Shown here: positions 48,418-58,447 of the stretch, piece after piece | Layout of the letters: each line of letters begins with the position of its first letter | Numbering within the stretch: the first letter of the stretch is position 1 | Source: a bacterium | GTDB taxonomy: Bacteria; AUK180 | Direction of reading: 5' to 3' | Assembly (NCBI GenBank): GCA_023133295.1 | Contig: JAGLWT010000014.1 | Coordinates: 1,259 to 65,258, forward strand | DNA: 64,000 nucleotides | Notes under the pieces: model-generated | What the model saw: only the letters and a program-made list of their open reading frames with translations | Databases searched by the model: none | Told to the model about the DNA's origin: nothing | Made by a program: the position numbers and the translations under genes

Positions 48418-50427
48418 ATGAATAAACTGCTTTTGTGGTGGCATTTTCACCAACCTCTTTATAAGGATAACGGCACCGGTAAATATCAATTACCCTGGGT
48501 ATTTCTACATCTCATAAAGGATTATCATTATTTCCTTGAGCTTGCTCTTGAATTTCCGGGCGTGAAGCAGAATTTCAATTATTCACCTGTCCTTCTGGAT
48601 CAGATCGCCGATTATACGGAGAACCCCGAACAGGTCGATGACCCTTGGATACGCGCCTTTTTGAGCGATCCGGCTTCCATTGACGATGAGACTCTGGAAT
48701 TTATCCTGAAGCATTTCTTTTCCGTTAATTTCGAAAGGGCGATTATGGATAGCCATCTCTATTATTCGCTTTATAAAAAGCGTGACAGCAAAGAGGAATA
48801 TTCCCCCGATGATATCATGGCGCTTCAGACATTGTTCTTTTACTACTGGCTGTCACCCATTGCCAAAGAGAAGAATGAGGAGCTCAGAAATATACGCAGC
48901 AGGGAAGCGATAACATCTTCTGACAAGGAGCTTGTATGGTCAACCGCCAAGTCGATCGTGGGTGAATTCTTCGGTTTATTATCCAAGGCTCAGTCGGCGG
49001 ATCATCTGGAGATCACCGCATCTCCGTTCTACCATCCCATACTTCCGCTTCTTATGGACACAAATTGTGTGAAGGATATGAATATCCCCATGCCGTCCCT
49101 TCGTTTCTCATACCCGGATGACGCGAAGTTCCAGATAACATCCGCATTGGAGTATATGAGCAAGCTCGATCTTAATGTCACTGGCATGTGGCCTTCCGAG
49201 GGCTCCATTGATTCCGCGTCCGTCTCTCTCATGGGAGAATGTGGAGTCAAATACGCGGGGTCTGATGAAAGGGTACTATTTAAAAGCCTGAACGGTTCAA
49301 AGAGGGATTTTACGCTGTACAAGTACGATGGTGTAAAACTCTTTTTCCGCGATAGAAGGATCTCGGATGATATCGCTTTCAAGTATTCTGCTATGGATAA
49401 ATCCGACAGCATATCACATTTTCATGATCATCTCGATCATAGTTCTATTCCGCTGATCGTTATCATGGATGGCGAGAACGCATGGGAATATTTTCCGGAG
49501 AACGGCCTACCGTTTCTCAGAAATTTATTTACCTCAATCACTGACAAGAAGGTCGAGACCTATACGCTGGAACATGCGGCTGAGGAGTTTGACTGCGGTG
49601 AGCTTGATCATGTAGCACCCGGAAGCTGGATAGATGTGGGATTCCCTCTGTGGATAGGCAGTGAGGGAAAGAACTTATCCTGGGATAGCTTAACGCTTAT
49701 CCGTTCTACTATTGCTCCTGAAGACCTTTCACCGGTGGGCAGGGCCGCTTTATATGCGGCGGAAGGCTCTGACTGGAATTGGTGGTATGATACATTTTAC
49801 GGCAGCGCCGCTGGGATGGATTTTGATGATCTGTACCGCCTGCATCTTCGGAATATCGCTTCTGATGCCAGGCTTTCTCTGAACGGACGGCTCGACATCC
49901 CTATTCGTCAAGCCGGCGAAAGTGTATTTTTCAGAGATCCGGTCAAGTTCATCAAACCCTTCATCAATGGAAAAGAAGATACTTATTATGAATGGGTATT
50001 CGCGGGTTTTATTGACACCCGGAACACTTCGGGCACGATGAAACAGGTGGATCAGATGGTTAGAAAAATATTTTTCGGCTATGACCTTTACAATCTCTTT
50101 CTCCGTTTTGATACGGTGAGCGATGATTTTGATCAGATAGATGTGAATATTCTGAAGGATGAAAAACTCCGCTGTACCTTTGATGTCAATACAAAGCAGG
50201 CAATGCTGCGTGATGTAGATGTCACCGAGAGTATTGAATTCGGCAAGGATGAGATAATCGAGATCAGGATACCGTTCTATCTACTGGGCATCGGGGAGAA
50301 TGAGGATTTCAATATCAACTTTGTTCTGAAGAAGAACGGCGTGATAAGCGAAATGCATCCTACCTTTTCCCATATCTCCTTGAGGAGTCCGGGAAAGGAC
50401 TTTCAATTGAAGAACTGGCGGGTGTAA
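48418..50427 (+). CDS. Glycoside hydrolase family 57 enzyme (alpha-glucan branching / amylase-type)
   Basis: LLWWHFHQP N-terminal signature of GH57. About 670 aa. Confidence 0.7.
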   Translation: MNKLLLWWHFHQPLYKDNGTGKYQLPWVFLHLIKDYHYFLELALEFPGVKQNFNYSPVLLDQIADYTENPEQVDDPWIRAFLSDPASIDDETLEFILKHFFSVNFERAIMDSHLYYSLYKKRDSKEEYSPDDIMALQTLFFYYWLSPIAKEKNEELRNIRSREAITSSDKELVWSTAKSIVGEFFGLLSKAQSADHLEITASPFYHPILPLLMDTNCVKDMNIPMPSLRFSYPDDAKFQITSALEYMSKLDLNVTGMWPSEGSIDSASVSLMGECGVKYAGSDERVLFKSLNGSKRDFTLYKYDGVKLFFRDRRISDDIAFKYSAMDKSDSISHFHDHLDHSSIPLIVIMDGENAWEYFPENGLPFLRNLFTSITDKKVETYTLEHAAEEFDCGELDHVAPGSWIDVGFPLWIGSEGKNLSWDSLTLIRSTIAPEDLSPVGRAALYAAEGSDWNWWYDTFYGSAAGMDFDDLYRLHLRNIASDARLSLNGRLDIPIRQAGESVFFRDPVKFIKPFINGKEDTYYEWVFAGFIDTRNTSGTMKQVDQMVRKIFFGYDLYNLFLRFDTVSDDFDQIDVNILKDEKLRCTFDVNTKQAMLRDVDVTESIEFGKDEIIEIRIPFYLLGIGENEDFNINFVLKKNGVISEMHPTFSHISLRSPGKDFQLKNWRV

Positions 50428-51476
50428 TGGACAGTGTGAAGAGAATAATTGATGTTAATCTGAATAGATTCAATGAAGGGATGAGGGTTCTGGAAGAACT
50501 TCTCAGATTCTATTTTGAAGATATCAAATTAACCACTTCCGCGAAGAATTTCCGTCATCGTTTCTCCCATTTTGTAAAAAGGTCCTTTTCAGCGACAGAA
50601 CTTTATATTTCAAGAGATATCGCGGAAGATATAGGCAAAGAGATTTCTACCGACGAGGAAGAGATCAGATCTGGACTTGAAGCTATTTTCTACTCAAATG
50701 CGGGCAGGGTGAAGGAATCCATCCGTGTCGTTGAGGAATTTCTGAAATTATTTGACCCGGCTCTGGCGAAAGAGGTCGAAAAACTGCGTTATGAATTCTA
50801 CCAATTGGAGAAGGAAGCGGCGGAACTTTTTAATAAGCGTACCGGCGTATTCTATTCCAAGAAGATATATCCGGTCTTTTCACCGAAATGCTTTGATAAA
50901 GATTTTAAAAGGGTATGCGATATATTGCGGGCATCCCGTATCGCCATTGTACAGCTCAGAATGAAAGGAGTATCCACTAAGGAATATACGGATTCCGCGA
51001 AATATATGAGAACCGCTCTTTCCGAATCATTGATAATCATAAATGACAGGATGGATGTCGCATTGGCATCAGGCGCCAATGGCGTTCACATAGGTGATTC
51101 CGATATGGATTATAAGACCGTGCGATCCTTGGCGGGTGACTCGCTGCTTGTCGGAGTATCCGCTGTCAACGGCAAAAAGTTCTCTGAATACGCCGCCCTG
51201 GCACCGGATTACATCGGACTCGGCCCGGTTTTCAAAACCTCTTCAAAAAGTGACGCTTCCTCGCCTCTTGGAGAAAAAGCGGCCATTAAGATCGCATCCG
51301 GGCACCCCGATGTGTTCAAGGTCGCCATCGGCGGGATCAACACAGATAGAGCGGAAAAGTTAATTAAAGGGGGTTTCGAGATGGCAGCTGTTGTCTCGGA
51401 TATCTTTGAGGGGGATATTGAAAAGAATCTTCAGCGTTATGTTGACAGATTCGGAGACGAAGGAGTATTGATATGA
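50427..51476 (+). CDS. thiE: Thiamine-phosphate synthase ThiE with a ~150-aa N-terminal extension
   Basis: The C-terminal ~200 aa match ThiE (VQLRMKG…, GVSAVNGKKFSEYAALAPDYIGLGPVFKTSSK, AIGGIN). The N-terminal 150 aa are helical and unassigned. Confidence 0.65.
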   Translation: MDSVKRIIDVNLNRFNEGMRVLEELLRFYFEDIKLTTSAKNFRHRFSHFVKRSFSATELYISRDIAEDIGKEISTDEEEIRSGLEAIFYSNAGRVKESIRVVEEFLKLFDPALAKEVEKLRYEFYQLEKEAAELFNKRTGVFYSKKIYPVFSPKCFDKDFKRVCDILRASRIAIVQLRMKGVSTKEYTDSAKYMRTALSESLIIINDRMDVALASGANGVHIGDSDMDYKTVRSLAGDSLLVGVSAVNGKKFSEYAALAPDYIGLGPVFKTSSKSDASSPLGEKAAIKIASGHPDVFKVAIGGINTDRAEKLIKGGFEMAAVVSDIFEGDIEKNLQRYVDRFGDEGVLI

Positions 51477-52786
51477 CACAGCGCATCGAAGCACAAAAGA
51501 ACAATATCACCAAAGAAATGAAAAAGGTCGCGGAGTACGAACATGTTTCTCAGGAACATATACTCAACGGTTTGAAGGACGGAACGATCGCCATACCCAA
51601 TAGTAAACTGCATAAGTTAGAGCAGCCCATGGGAGTGGGCGCGGGGCTTTATACCAAGGTGAACGCGAATATCGGTACATCATCGGACATGATAGATTAC
51701 GAATATGAATTAAAAAAGTTAAAGACCTCCATCGAAGCCGGCGCACATGCCGTGATGGACCTTTCCACCGGCGGGGATATCGATAAGATGCGGAAAATGA
51801 TCATCGAGAACTCCACCATTCCGGTCGGTACCGTTCCAATATACCAGGCCTCAGTGAAGACCGTTGAGTCGGGCCGATCCGTGCCTGAAATGACAGAGAA
51901 GGAGATCATCGAGGGTATTCACAGGCATATAAAGGACGGTGTTGATTTCATTACAATACATGCCGGAGTGACGCGTGAAGTGATCAGGCAATTGATACTT
52001 CAGCAGAGATTGAATCTTATCGTATCCCGAGGCGGATGGTTCCTGACCGGCTGGATGCTGAAGAATAAAAAAGAGAACCCGATATATACACATTTTGACG
52101 AGATACTTGATATGGCAAGGGAATATGATGTTACATTGTCCCTTGGCGACGGCCTGCGGCCCGGATGCATTAATGACGCTACAGACAGGCCCCAGCTCAT
52201 GGAATTGATAATACTGGGCGAATTGACGGATAGAGCTTGGAGTCAGGGAGTACAGGTCATGATCGAAGGCCCCGGCCATGTGCCGCTGGACGAGGTTGAG
52301 GCCAATGTTATTTTAGAGAAGAAGCTGTGCCGTAATGCGCCGTTTTATGTTCTCGGCCCTGTGGTCACCGATGTCGCTCCCGGTTATGATCATATAACAG
52401 CCGCTATCGGGGGAGCCGTAGCCGCTTCCGCAGGCGCGGATTTTCTCTGTTATGTCACTCCCGCGGAACATTTACGGCTGCCGTCGCTGGACGATGTGCG
52501 TGAGGGAGTAATTACGACGCGCATCGCTGCGCATGTAGCGGATATGGTCAAGCGAAAAGAAACCAGAGAATGGGATAAGAAAATGGCGACCGCGCGTATC
52601 GGACTTGACTGGAAAGCAATGGGGAAGCTGTCCCTGGACCCTGTGCGATTCGACAAGATGCGTTCCCAGTCCGATCCCAAGGACACTGATGTCTGTACAA
52701 TGTGCGGGAAGTACTGTTCAATGAAGAGTTTGAAACCCTATTTAACAGGGGAATACGGAGACCCGCTGGAGTTGCTTAAAGGATGA
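51473..52786 (+). CDS. thiC: Phosphomethylpyrimidine synthase
   Basis: ThiC similarity throughout, with the C-terminal CTMCGKYCSMK cluster. Confidence 0.85.
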   Translation: MTQRIEAQKNNITKEMKKVAEYEHVSQEHILNGLKDGTIAIPNSKLHKLEQPMGVGAGLYTKVNANIGTSSDMIDYEYELKKLKTSIEAGAHAVMDLSTGGDIDKMRKMIIENSTIPVGTVPIYQASVKTVESGRSVPEMTEKEIIEGIHRHIKDGVDFITIHAGVTREVIRQLILQQRLNLIVSRGGWFLTGWMLKNKKENPIYTHFDEILDMAREYDVTLSLGDGLRPGCINDATDRPQLMELIILGELTDRAWSQGVQVMIEGPGHVPLDEVEANVILEKKLCRNAPFYVLGPVVTDVAPGYDHITAAIGGAVAASAGADFLCYVTPAEHLRLPSLDDVREGVITTRIAAHVADMVKRKETREWDKKMATARIGLDWKAMGKLSLDPVRFDKMRSQSDPKDTDVCTMCGKYCSMKSLKPYLTGEYGDPLELLKG

Positions 52787-55074
52787 AGGAAAAGATAAGC
52801 GAAGTCGGAAGATCTGTAAAGCGTGTTGACGCATATGAAAAAGCAAGGGGAGAATCCATATTTACGGATGATCTTTTATTTCCGGGAATGCTGCATGCCG
52901 GCGTATTCAGAAGCCCTTGCGCGTCCGGCGCGATCGAGTCGCTGGATATTACCGCCGCTAAAGCTGTAGAGGGGATCAAAGCCGTACTGACCTATAAGGA
53001 TATTTCGGGGAAGAACCTTGTCCCCGTTGTATTTGATGATCAGCCGCTTCTCGCGGAAAAGAGGGTCAGATACCACGGTGAGCCCATCGTTTTATTGGCG
53101 GGTGAATCGAAAAGAGTAGTCAAAGAAGCGATAAAGAAGATAAAAATTAAGATCAGGGAAGATAAGCCGGTGCTTGACATTCATCAGAGTGTGAAAGCGA
53201 AGATCGCTGTGGATCCCGAAAAAAAAGATAATATCTGTCAGCGCTACGATGTAAAAAGGGGAGATACGGCAAAGGCCTTCAAAACCGCCCATCTCCTGAT
53301 CGAGAATAAATATTCAACTAATTATCAGGAACATGCCTATCTTGAACCGCAATCCATGATCGCGGTGCCCGAACTCAACGGTATAGTTTCGATTTACGGC
53401 TCCATGCAATGTCCGTTCTATGTACAGGACGGTGTTGCCGCGATACTTGGAAGGGAGTTGAGCTCGATAAGCGTAAATTTGATGACTACGGGCGGAGCTT
53501 TCGGCGGAAAGGAAGATGTTCCGAGCATTATCGCGGAGATAGCCGCATTGCTTTCACATCATACCGGCCGGCCGGTGAAATTTATACTTTCAAGGGAAGA
53601 AGACCTTGAGACGATGAGCAAACGACATCCGTCTTACACCGAGTATAAATCCGCATTTGATAAGAATGGTAAATTACTGGGAGTAAGGGTCAGGTATTAT
53701 CTTGACGCTGGAGCGTATACTACCTTGACGCCAGTTGTATTGTGGCGCGGGGTCATACATGCGGTTGGCCCGTATCCCTGTGAAAATGTAGATATCGAAG
53801 GGTTCGGAATGCTTACAAATAAGGTTCCCTCCGGTGCTTATCGCGGCTTTGGAACACCGCAGATCATATTCGCCGCCGAGACCCAGATGGATGAAGCGGC
53901 AGAGAAACTGGGCATTGACCCCGTTAAGATCAGGGAGATAAATGCCTTTAAGGTGGGCGATCGAACCGCCACTGGACAGAAACTCAAAGAAAGTGTGGGC
54001 ATAAGAGATACCATCAGAGCCGGTAAGAAGGCGTTTAAATGGGCGAGCAGGTCCAAGAAAGTTCAGCGCTTTAACGCGAAGAATTCATATCTGAAAAGGG
54101 GTATCGGAGTAGCATCCCTCTTCTACGGTGTCGGACTCGGCGCGCGCGGCGGCCCTCTTCAGAAAGGCGGCGCTCTTGTATCCTTATTTAAAGACGGCTC
54201 CGTACAATTCTCCGTGGGAACCACAGAAATGGGCCAGGGGATGTACACCGTTCTCTCACAGATCACCGCTGACGCGATGGGAATACCCATGGAAAAAGTG
54301 CATCACAGCCGTGTTTCCACTGAAAAGGTTTCCGATTCCGGCCCCACCGTCGCTTCCAGAGCGACATTCATTTCGGGAAATGCCATAAAGGCCGCTACCG
54401 ACAGAATTAAGTTCAACCTCATAAAATTCATGGTCTCTCAGGGAATGATAGCCGCGAATAAACAGATCGTATTCAAAGACGGCCATGTATTTGCCCGGGA
54501 TAAAAAGATCATCTCTGTAGAGGAGCTCGCGCTCAAGGCGTGGCTTGCCCGGGTCAAGATGATAGAAAGTGGCTGGTATCTGCCTCCCGGCACAACATAC
54601 GCTGAAAAGGACGGCCAGGGTGACGCATATGTGGTTTACTCATATGTTACCAATTACGCCGAAGTGGAGGTCGATCTGAGAACTTATTCGACCCGTGTTG
54701 TTTCTCTCTATTCAGCCGAGGAATTCGGCAGGGTTATCAACCCTCAATTGGCTCAGGGCCAGATAGAGGGCGGAAATCTGCAGGGGATCGGTTATGCCAT
54801 CTATGAGAACATGGTCCTTGACAATGGAAAGATAATCTCGAATAATTTTTCCACATACCTTATCCCTACCTTGCTGGATGTGGGAGAGTTGATGCCCGTT
54901 ATCGTGGAAAAACCCTATACGAAGGGGCCTTTCGGCGCCAAAGGCATGGGCGAGATGCCGCTTATGGGAATAGCGCCCGCTGTTGGCAATGCCGTTAAGA
55001 ACGCGATAGGGCAGAGATTGAGGAATATTCCCCTTACCCAGGAGCAATTATATGAAAAACTCAAAGATAACTAA
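52783..55074 (+). CDS. Xanthine dehydrogenase / aldehyde oxidase family molybdopterin-binding subunit
   Basis: a/b-hammerhead domain followed by the Mo-cofactor binding domains. 763 aa. No adjacent FeS or FAD subunit genes. Confidence 0.7.
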   Translation: MKEKISEVGRSVKRVDAYEKARGESIFTDDLLFPGMLHAGVFRSPCASGAIESLDITAAKAVEGIKAVLTYKDISGKNLVPVVFDDQPLLAEKRVRYHGEPIVLLAGESKRVVKEAIKKIKIKIREDKPVLDIHQSVKAKIAVDPEKKDNICQRYDVKRGDTAKAFKTAHLLIENKYSTNYQEHAYLEPQSMIAVPELNGIVSIYGSMQCPFYVQDGVAAILGRELSSISVNLMTTGGAFGGKEDVPSIIAEIAALLSHHTGRPVKFILSREEDLETMSKRHPSYTEYKSAFDKNGKLLGVRVRYYLDAGAYTTLTPVVLWRGVIHAVGPYPCENVDIEGFGMLTNKVPSGAYRGFGTPQIIFAAETQMDEAAEKLGIDPVKIREINAFKVGDRTATGQKLKESVGIRDTIRAGKKAFKWASRSKKVQRFNAKNSYLKRGIGVASLFYGVGLGARGGPLQKGGALVSLFKDGSVQFSVGTTEMGQGMYTVLSQITADAMGIPMEKVHHSRVSTEKVSDSGPTVASRATFISGNAIKAATDRIKFNLIKFMVSQGMIAANKQIVFKDGHVFARDKKIISVEELALKAWLARVKMIESGWYLPPGTTYAEKDGQGDAYVVYSYVTNYAEVEVDLRTYSTRVVSLYSAEEFGRVINPQLAQGQIEGGNLQGIGYAIYENMVLDNGKIISNNFSTYLIPTLLDVGELMPVIVEKPYTKGPFGAKGMGEMPLMGIAPAVGNAVKNAIGQRLRNIPLTQEQLYEKLKDN

Positions 55075-55354
55075 AAAAGAGATCAGAAGGATACTGGACC
55101 TTGCCAAGATCACTGTCCAGCCGGAAGAGCTCACTAAACTGACCGAGGACCTTGGTGATATCATTGTTGAAATAGACAAGATAAAAAACCTTTCGGAGGA
55201 TTTCCTGGTCGGCAATGTTATCTTTCAACAGGTCAATAATCAATTTTCCCTGACCTCCAAAAAAATGACTTACTCTCTTGAAAGAATAAAGGAGAATTTC
55301 CCGGTCACCGAGGGCGGCGACCCGGTTATCCCTCCTATCAAGGGTGATAAATAA
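55052..55354 (+). CDS. gatC: Asp/Glu-tRNA amidotransferase subunit C
   Basis: ~100 aa with the GatC pattern. First gene of the gatCAB operon. Confidence 0.7.
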   Translation: MKNSKITKKEIRRILDLAKITVQPEELTKLTEDLGDIIVEIDKIKNLSEDFLVGNVIFQQVNNQFSLTSKKMTYSLERIKENFPVTEGGDPVIPPIKGDK

Positions 55355-56733
55355 TGAAAAAACTCACTATCGCGGATACGCTGAATTCACCTGCCGAGCA
55401 GATCAAGAATAAAGTAAAGTCGGCGATAAATAATTCAAAAGGACTGAACATATTCCTTGAGACCTACGGGGTAAAGCCCTCAAAGACCAAGAAGGGCTGT
55501 TTGAACAATGTTCCCTTCTCTCTGAAGGACAATATCCTTCTGGAGGGGAAGATATCAAGCTGCGGCTCGCGTATGCTCGAGGACTTCGTTTCTCCATATT
55601 CCGCTTTCGTTGTGGAGAAATTACTGGCAGCGGGCGCTTTGCCTGTGGGGCGCACGAATATGGATGAGTTCGCCATGGGCTCTTCTACTGAAAATTCCGC
55701 CTTCGGGCCTACAAAGAACCCGCTTAATTCCGAATATGTACCCGGTGGAAGTTCAGGCGGCGCGGCGGCATCTGTCGCGGTCGGCAGCTGTGCGTTCGCA
55801 TTGGGCTCGGATACCGGCGGATCGGTGAGACAGCCGGCCGCGTTTTGCGACCTGTACGGATTTAAACCCACTTACGGTGTCTTTTCCCGCCGCGGCCTGG
55901 TTTCTTTTTGCTCTTCATTTGATCAGATCGGAATAATCGCGAACAATGTAGATGACATTATTACGGTGTCATCCGTAATGAACGATAAAGACCCCTTCGA
56001 CCTTACTTCTTATGCGGATAGAGATCTGCAGGATATAGAAAAGATCAATTATGATAATGTGGACTTGAGGGGCAAGATAGTGGGTATCATGAGCGGATTT
56101 GACCCTATACCCGTCTCTGACGATATTCAGTCCCGTTATCTTGAATTGATAGAAAAAATGAGTGACCTCGGTGCGGAAATGGTGAATATTTCACCACCGT
56201 TTCTGGAGAATTCTGTCCCTCTATATCAAATCCTTTCAACTGCCGAAGCCTCATCCAATCTCTCCCGTTATGACGGGATCAAGTACGGCTTGAGGAAAGA
56301 GGGCAAAACCATTGATTCAATGCGTCGTTCTACACGCAGTTTCGGATTCGGTGAAGAGGTCAAACGCAGGATCATCCTGGGAACATATGTGACGGCATCG
56401 GAATATTCGGAACAATATTACAAGAAGGCATTGAAGATACGCGGCCTTATGAGAAAGAATTACGAAGCGTTTTTCAGCACGATAAACTATATACTGCTGC
56501 CCACCACTCCGACACCCCCGTTCAGATTGGGCGAGAAGATAAATGATCCGGTCTCCATGTATTTCAGTGATGTTTTTACCGCCATTGCCAATATACTCGG
56601 CACTCCGGCGATCACCATGCCTTGCGGAGAGAGTTCGGATGGGCTGCCGATCGGAATACAGCTGATGGGCGGAATCGGTTCTGACCTGGACCTGCTTAAA
56701 TTCGCGGGAAAGGTCGCGGGAGAGCTGAAATGA
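55354..56733 (+). CDS. gatA: Asp/Glu-tRNA amidotransferase subunit A (amidase)
   Basis: Amidase signature GGSSGGAAASVA. Confidence 0.85.
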   Translation: MKKLTIADTLNSPAEQIKNKVKSAINNSKGLNIFLETYGVKPSKTKKGCLNNVPFSLKDNILLEGKISSCGSRMLEDFVSPYSAFVVEKLLAAGALPVGRTNMDEFAMGSSTENSAFGPTKNPLNSEYVPGGSSGGAAASVAVGSCAFALGSDTGGSVRQPAAFCDLYGFKPTYGVFSRRGLVSFCSSFDQIGIIANNVDDIITVSSVMNDKDPFDLTSYADRDLQDIEKINYDNVDLRGKIVGIMSGFDPIPVSDDIQSRYLELIEKMSDLGAEMVNISPPFLENSVPLYQILSTAEASSNLSRYDGIKYGLRKEGKTIDSMRRSTRSFGFGEEVKRRIILGTYVTASEYSEQYYKKALKIRGLMRKNYEAFFSTINYILLPTTPTPPFRLGEKINDPVSMYFSDVFTAIANILGTPAITMPCGESSDGLPIGIQLMGGIGSDLDLLKFAGKVAGELK

Positions 56734-58169
56734 AAAAAGATGTATTTCCCGTGCTCGGTGTTGAGGTCCATATTCAGGTGAAGTCTGACCGCAAGATATT
56801 CTGTAATTGCAAGAATACTTTTGGTGCCGCTCCCAATTCTCATATCTGTCCCATATGTACCGGACAGCCCGGGACGCTGCCGGTCTTTAACCGCAATATA
56901 TTGACAAGCGCGCTGAATCTCTCGCTCGCGCTCAATTGCCGCATCAATCTCTTTACGGGTTTTGACAGAAAGAATTATTTTTATCCGGATACGCCGAAAA
57001 ATTACCAGATCACACAGAATGAATTCCCGATAGGGTATGACGGGAATTTCTTTTTCTTCTCCCCGGAAAATACTTATTCTCTGGGAATAAGCAGGGTTCA
57101 TATGGAGGAGGATTCAGCAAAGCTGGTGCACAAGGAGGATTCTCTTGAAAAGGGGAGCACGATCGATTACAATCGTTCCGGCATCCCTCTTTTGGAAGTA
57201 GTTACGGAGCCGGAATTCCACGACTCGGATTCTGTCGTATATTTTCTTGAATTCCTCAAAAGGACCGCGCAATATCTAGGTATATCCGAATGTAATATGG
57301 AAGAGGGCTCTCTCAGGGTAGACACCAATATCTCTCTGACGCATGACCTTGCCGTTCTTCCCGATTACCGTGTTGAAATAAAGAATATGAATACCTTTTC
57401 CGGGGTCCGCTCAGCGATTGAGTATGAAATAGAAAGGCAAAAAGCTCTCTTTGACCGTGATCTCGTTCCCGAATCCGAGACCAGAAATTGGGACAGCAAA
57501 GCAAAGAAGACACGGACAATGAGAAAGAAGGAATCATTCAATGATTACCGGTATTTTCCCGAACCCGATATCCCGCCTATTCTGCTTTCAGAGAAGAACC
57601 TCTTCGCCTTGAAGGATAACCTTCCTCTTACCCCTGGATTCGCGATGAATCAGCTCACATTCAATTTCCGGCTGCGAAAGGAAGATGCCTATGTATTGAG
57701 TTCCGAGAAGGCGATGTACCTCTACTTCATCGAGGCCTCGAAGTACTGTGTTCAATATGAGCAGATGGTCAATTGGATCACCGGTGACGTAATTCATTAC
57801 CTCCGGGAAAGGGGAGAAGGATTTGAGGACTGTAAATTGCCTCCAAAGGCCTTTGCCGATATAGTAAAGCGGATTGGAACAGGGAAATTAACGGGAAAGA
57901 TCTTTAAATCCATCCTCGAAAGATTATTGTCCGGGGAAGATTTTAATGAGATACTGGAAAATGAGAACATATCGGTCATCTCTGACAGGAATGAACTGAA
58001 AGAGATCGCGGAAAAGATCCTTAGCGAGAATCCCGCTCAAGTCAAATTGTATATCGGCGGAAAGACCGGACTCATAGGATTCTTTATGGGAATGATGATG
58101 AAGGTGACCGATGGCCGTTGCGATCCGAAACTTTCACAGCAGATATTTGAAGAACTACTTGATAAGTAA
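56730..58169 (+). CDS. gatB: Asp/Glu-tRNA amidotransferase subunit B
   Basis: GatB N-terminus …LGVEVHIQ…CNC…FGAAPNSHICPICTGQPG… and the typical length. Confidence 0.85.
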   Translation: MKKDVFPVLGVEVHIQVKSDRKIFCNCKNTFGAAPNSHICPICTGQPGTLPVFNRNILTSALNLSLALNCRINLFTGFDRKNYFYPDTPKNYQITQNEFPIGYDGNFFFFSPENTYSLGISRVHMEEDSAKLVHKEDSLEKGSTIDYNRSGIPLLEVVTEPEFHDSDSVVYFLEFLKRTAQYLGISECNMEEGSLRVDTNISLTHDLAVLPDYRVEIKNMNTFSGVRSAIEYEIERQKALFDRDLVPESETRNWDSKAKKTRTMRKKESFNDYRYFPEPDIPPILLSEKNLFALKDNLPLTPGFAMNQLTFNFRLRKEDAYVLSSEKAMYLYFIEASKYCVQYEQMVNWITGDVIHYLRERGEGFEDCKLPPKAFADIVKRIGTGKLTGKIFKSILERLLSGEDFNEILENENISVISDRNELKEIAEKILSENPAQVKLYIGGKTGLIGFFMGMMMKVTDGRCDPKLSQQIFEELLDK

Positions 58170-58211
58170 TTATGGAGCAGTACATTAAGTAATTATGGAG
58201 CAGTACATTAG
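58166..58211 (+). repeat. 23-bp perfect tandem duplication AGTAATTATGGAGCAGTACATTA x2
   Basis: It begins inside the gatB stop codon and ends 8 nt before the ribosome-binding site of the next gene. Each copy carries ATGGAGCAGTACATT. Confidence 0.8.
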
Positions 58212-58219
58212 GAGTATAT

Positions 58220-58447
58220 ATGAACTTTGAGAAATTGGAAAGCGTTATGAAAAAATTGAAGCTTTCAAGAAGAGAGCTTTGGGACCTCACTTATGAGGAG
58301 CTGGATATCCTGCTCGCTGATGCTCAGGACCTTCTGGATGAGGTCGAATTGCTGGCCTTGGAGCTTGAGCAAGGCAGTGAGAAGGTTGATGAGATCATCG
58401 CTGATATTGAGTTTGATGACGACGAGTGGGATGAAGAAGAGGAGTAA
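58220..58447 (+). CDS. Small acidic helical protein (75 aa)
   Basis: GGAG ribosome-binding site. Coiled-coil-like N-terminus and a D/E-rich tail (DDDEWDEEEE). Confidence 0.4.
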   Translation: MNFEKLESVMKKLKLSRRELWDLTYEELDILLADAQDLLDEVELLALELEQGSEKVDEIIADIEFDDDEWDEEEE

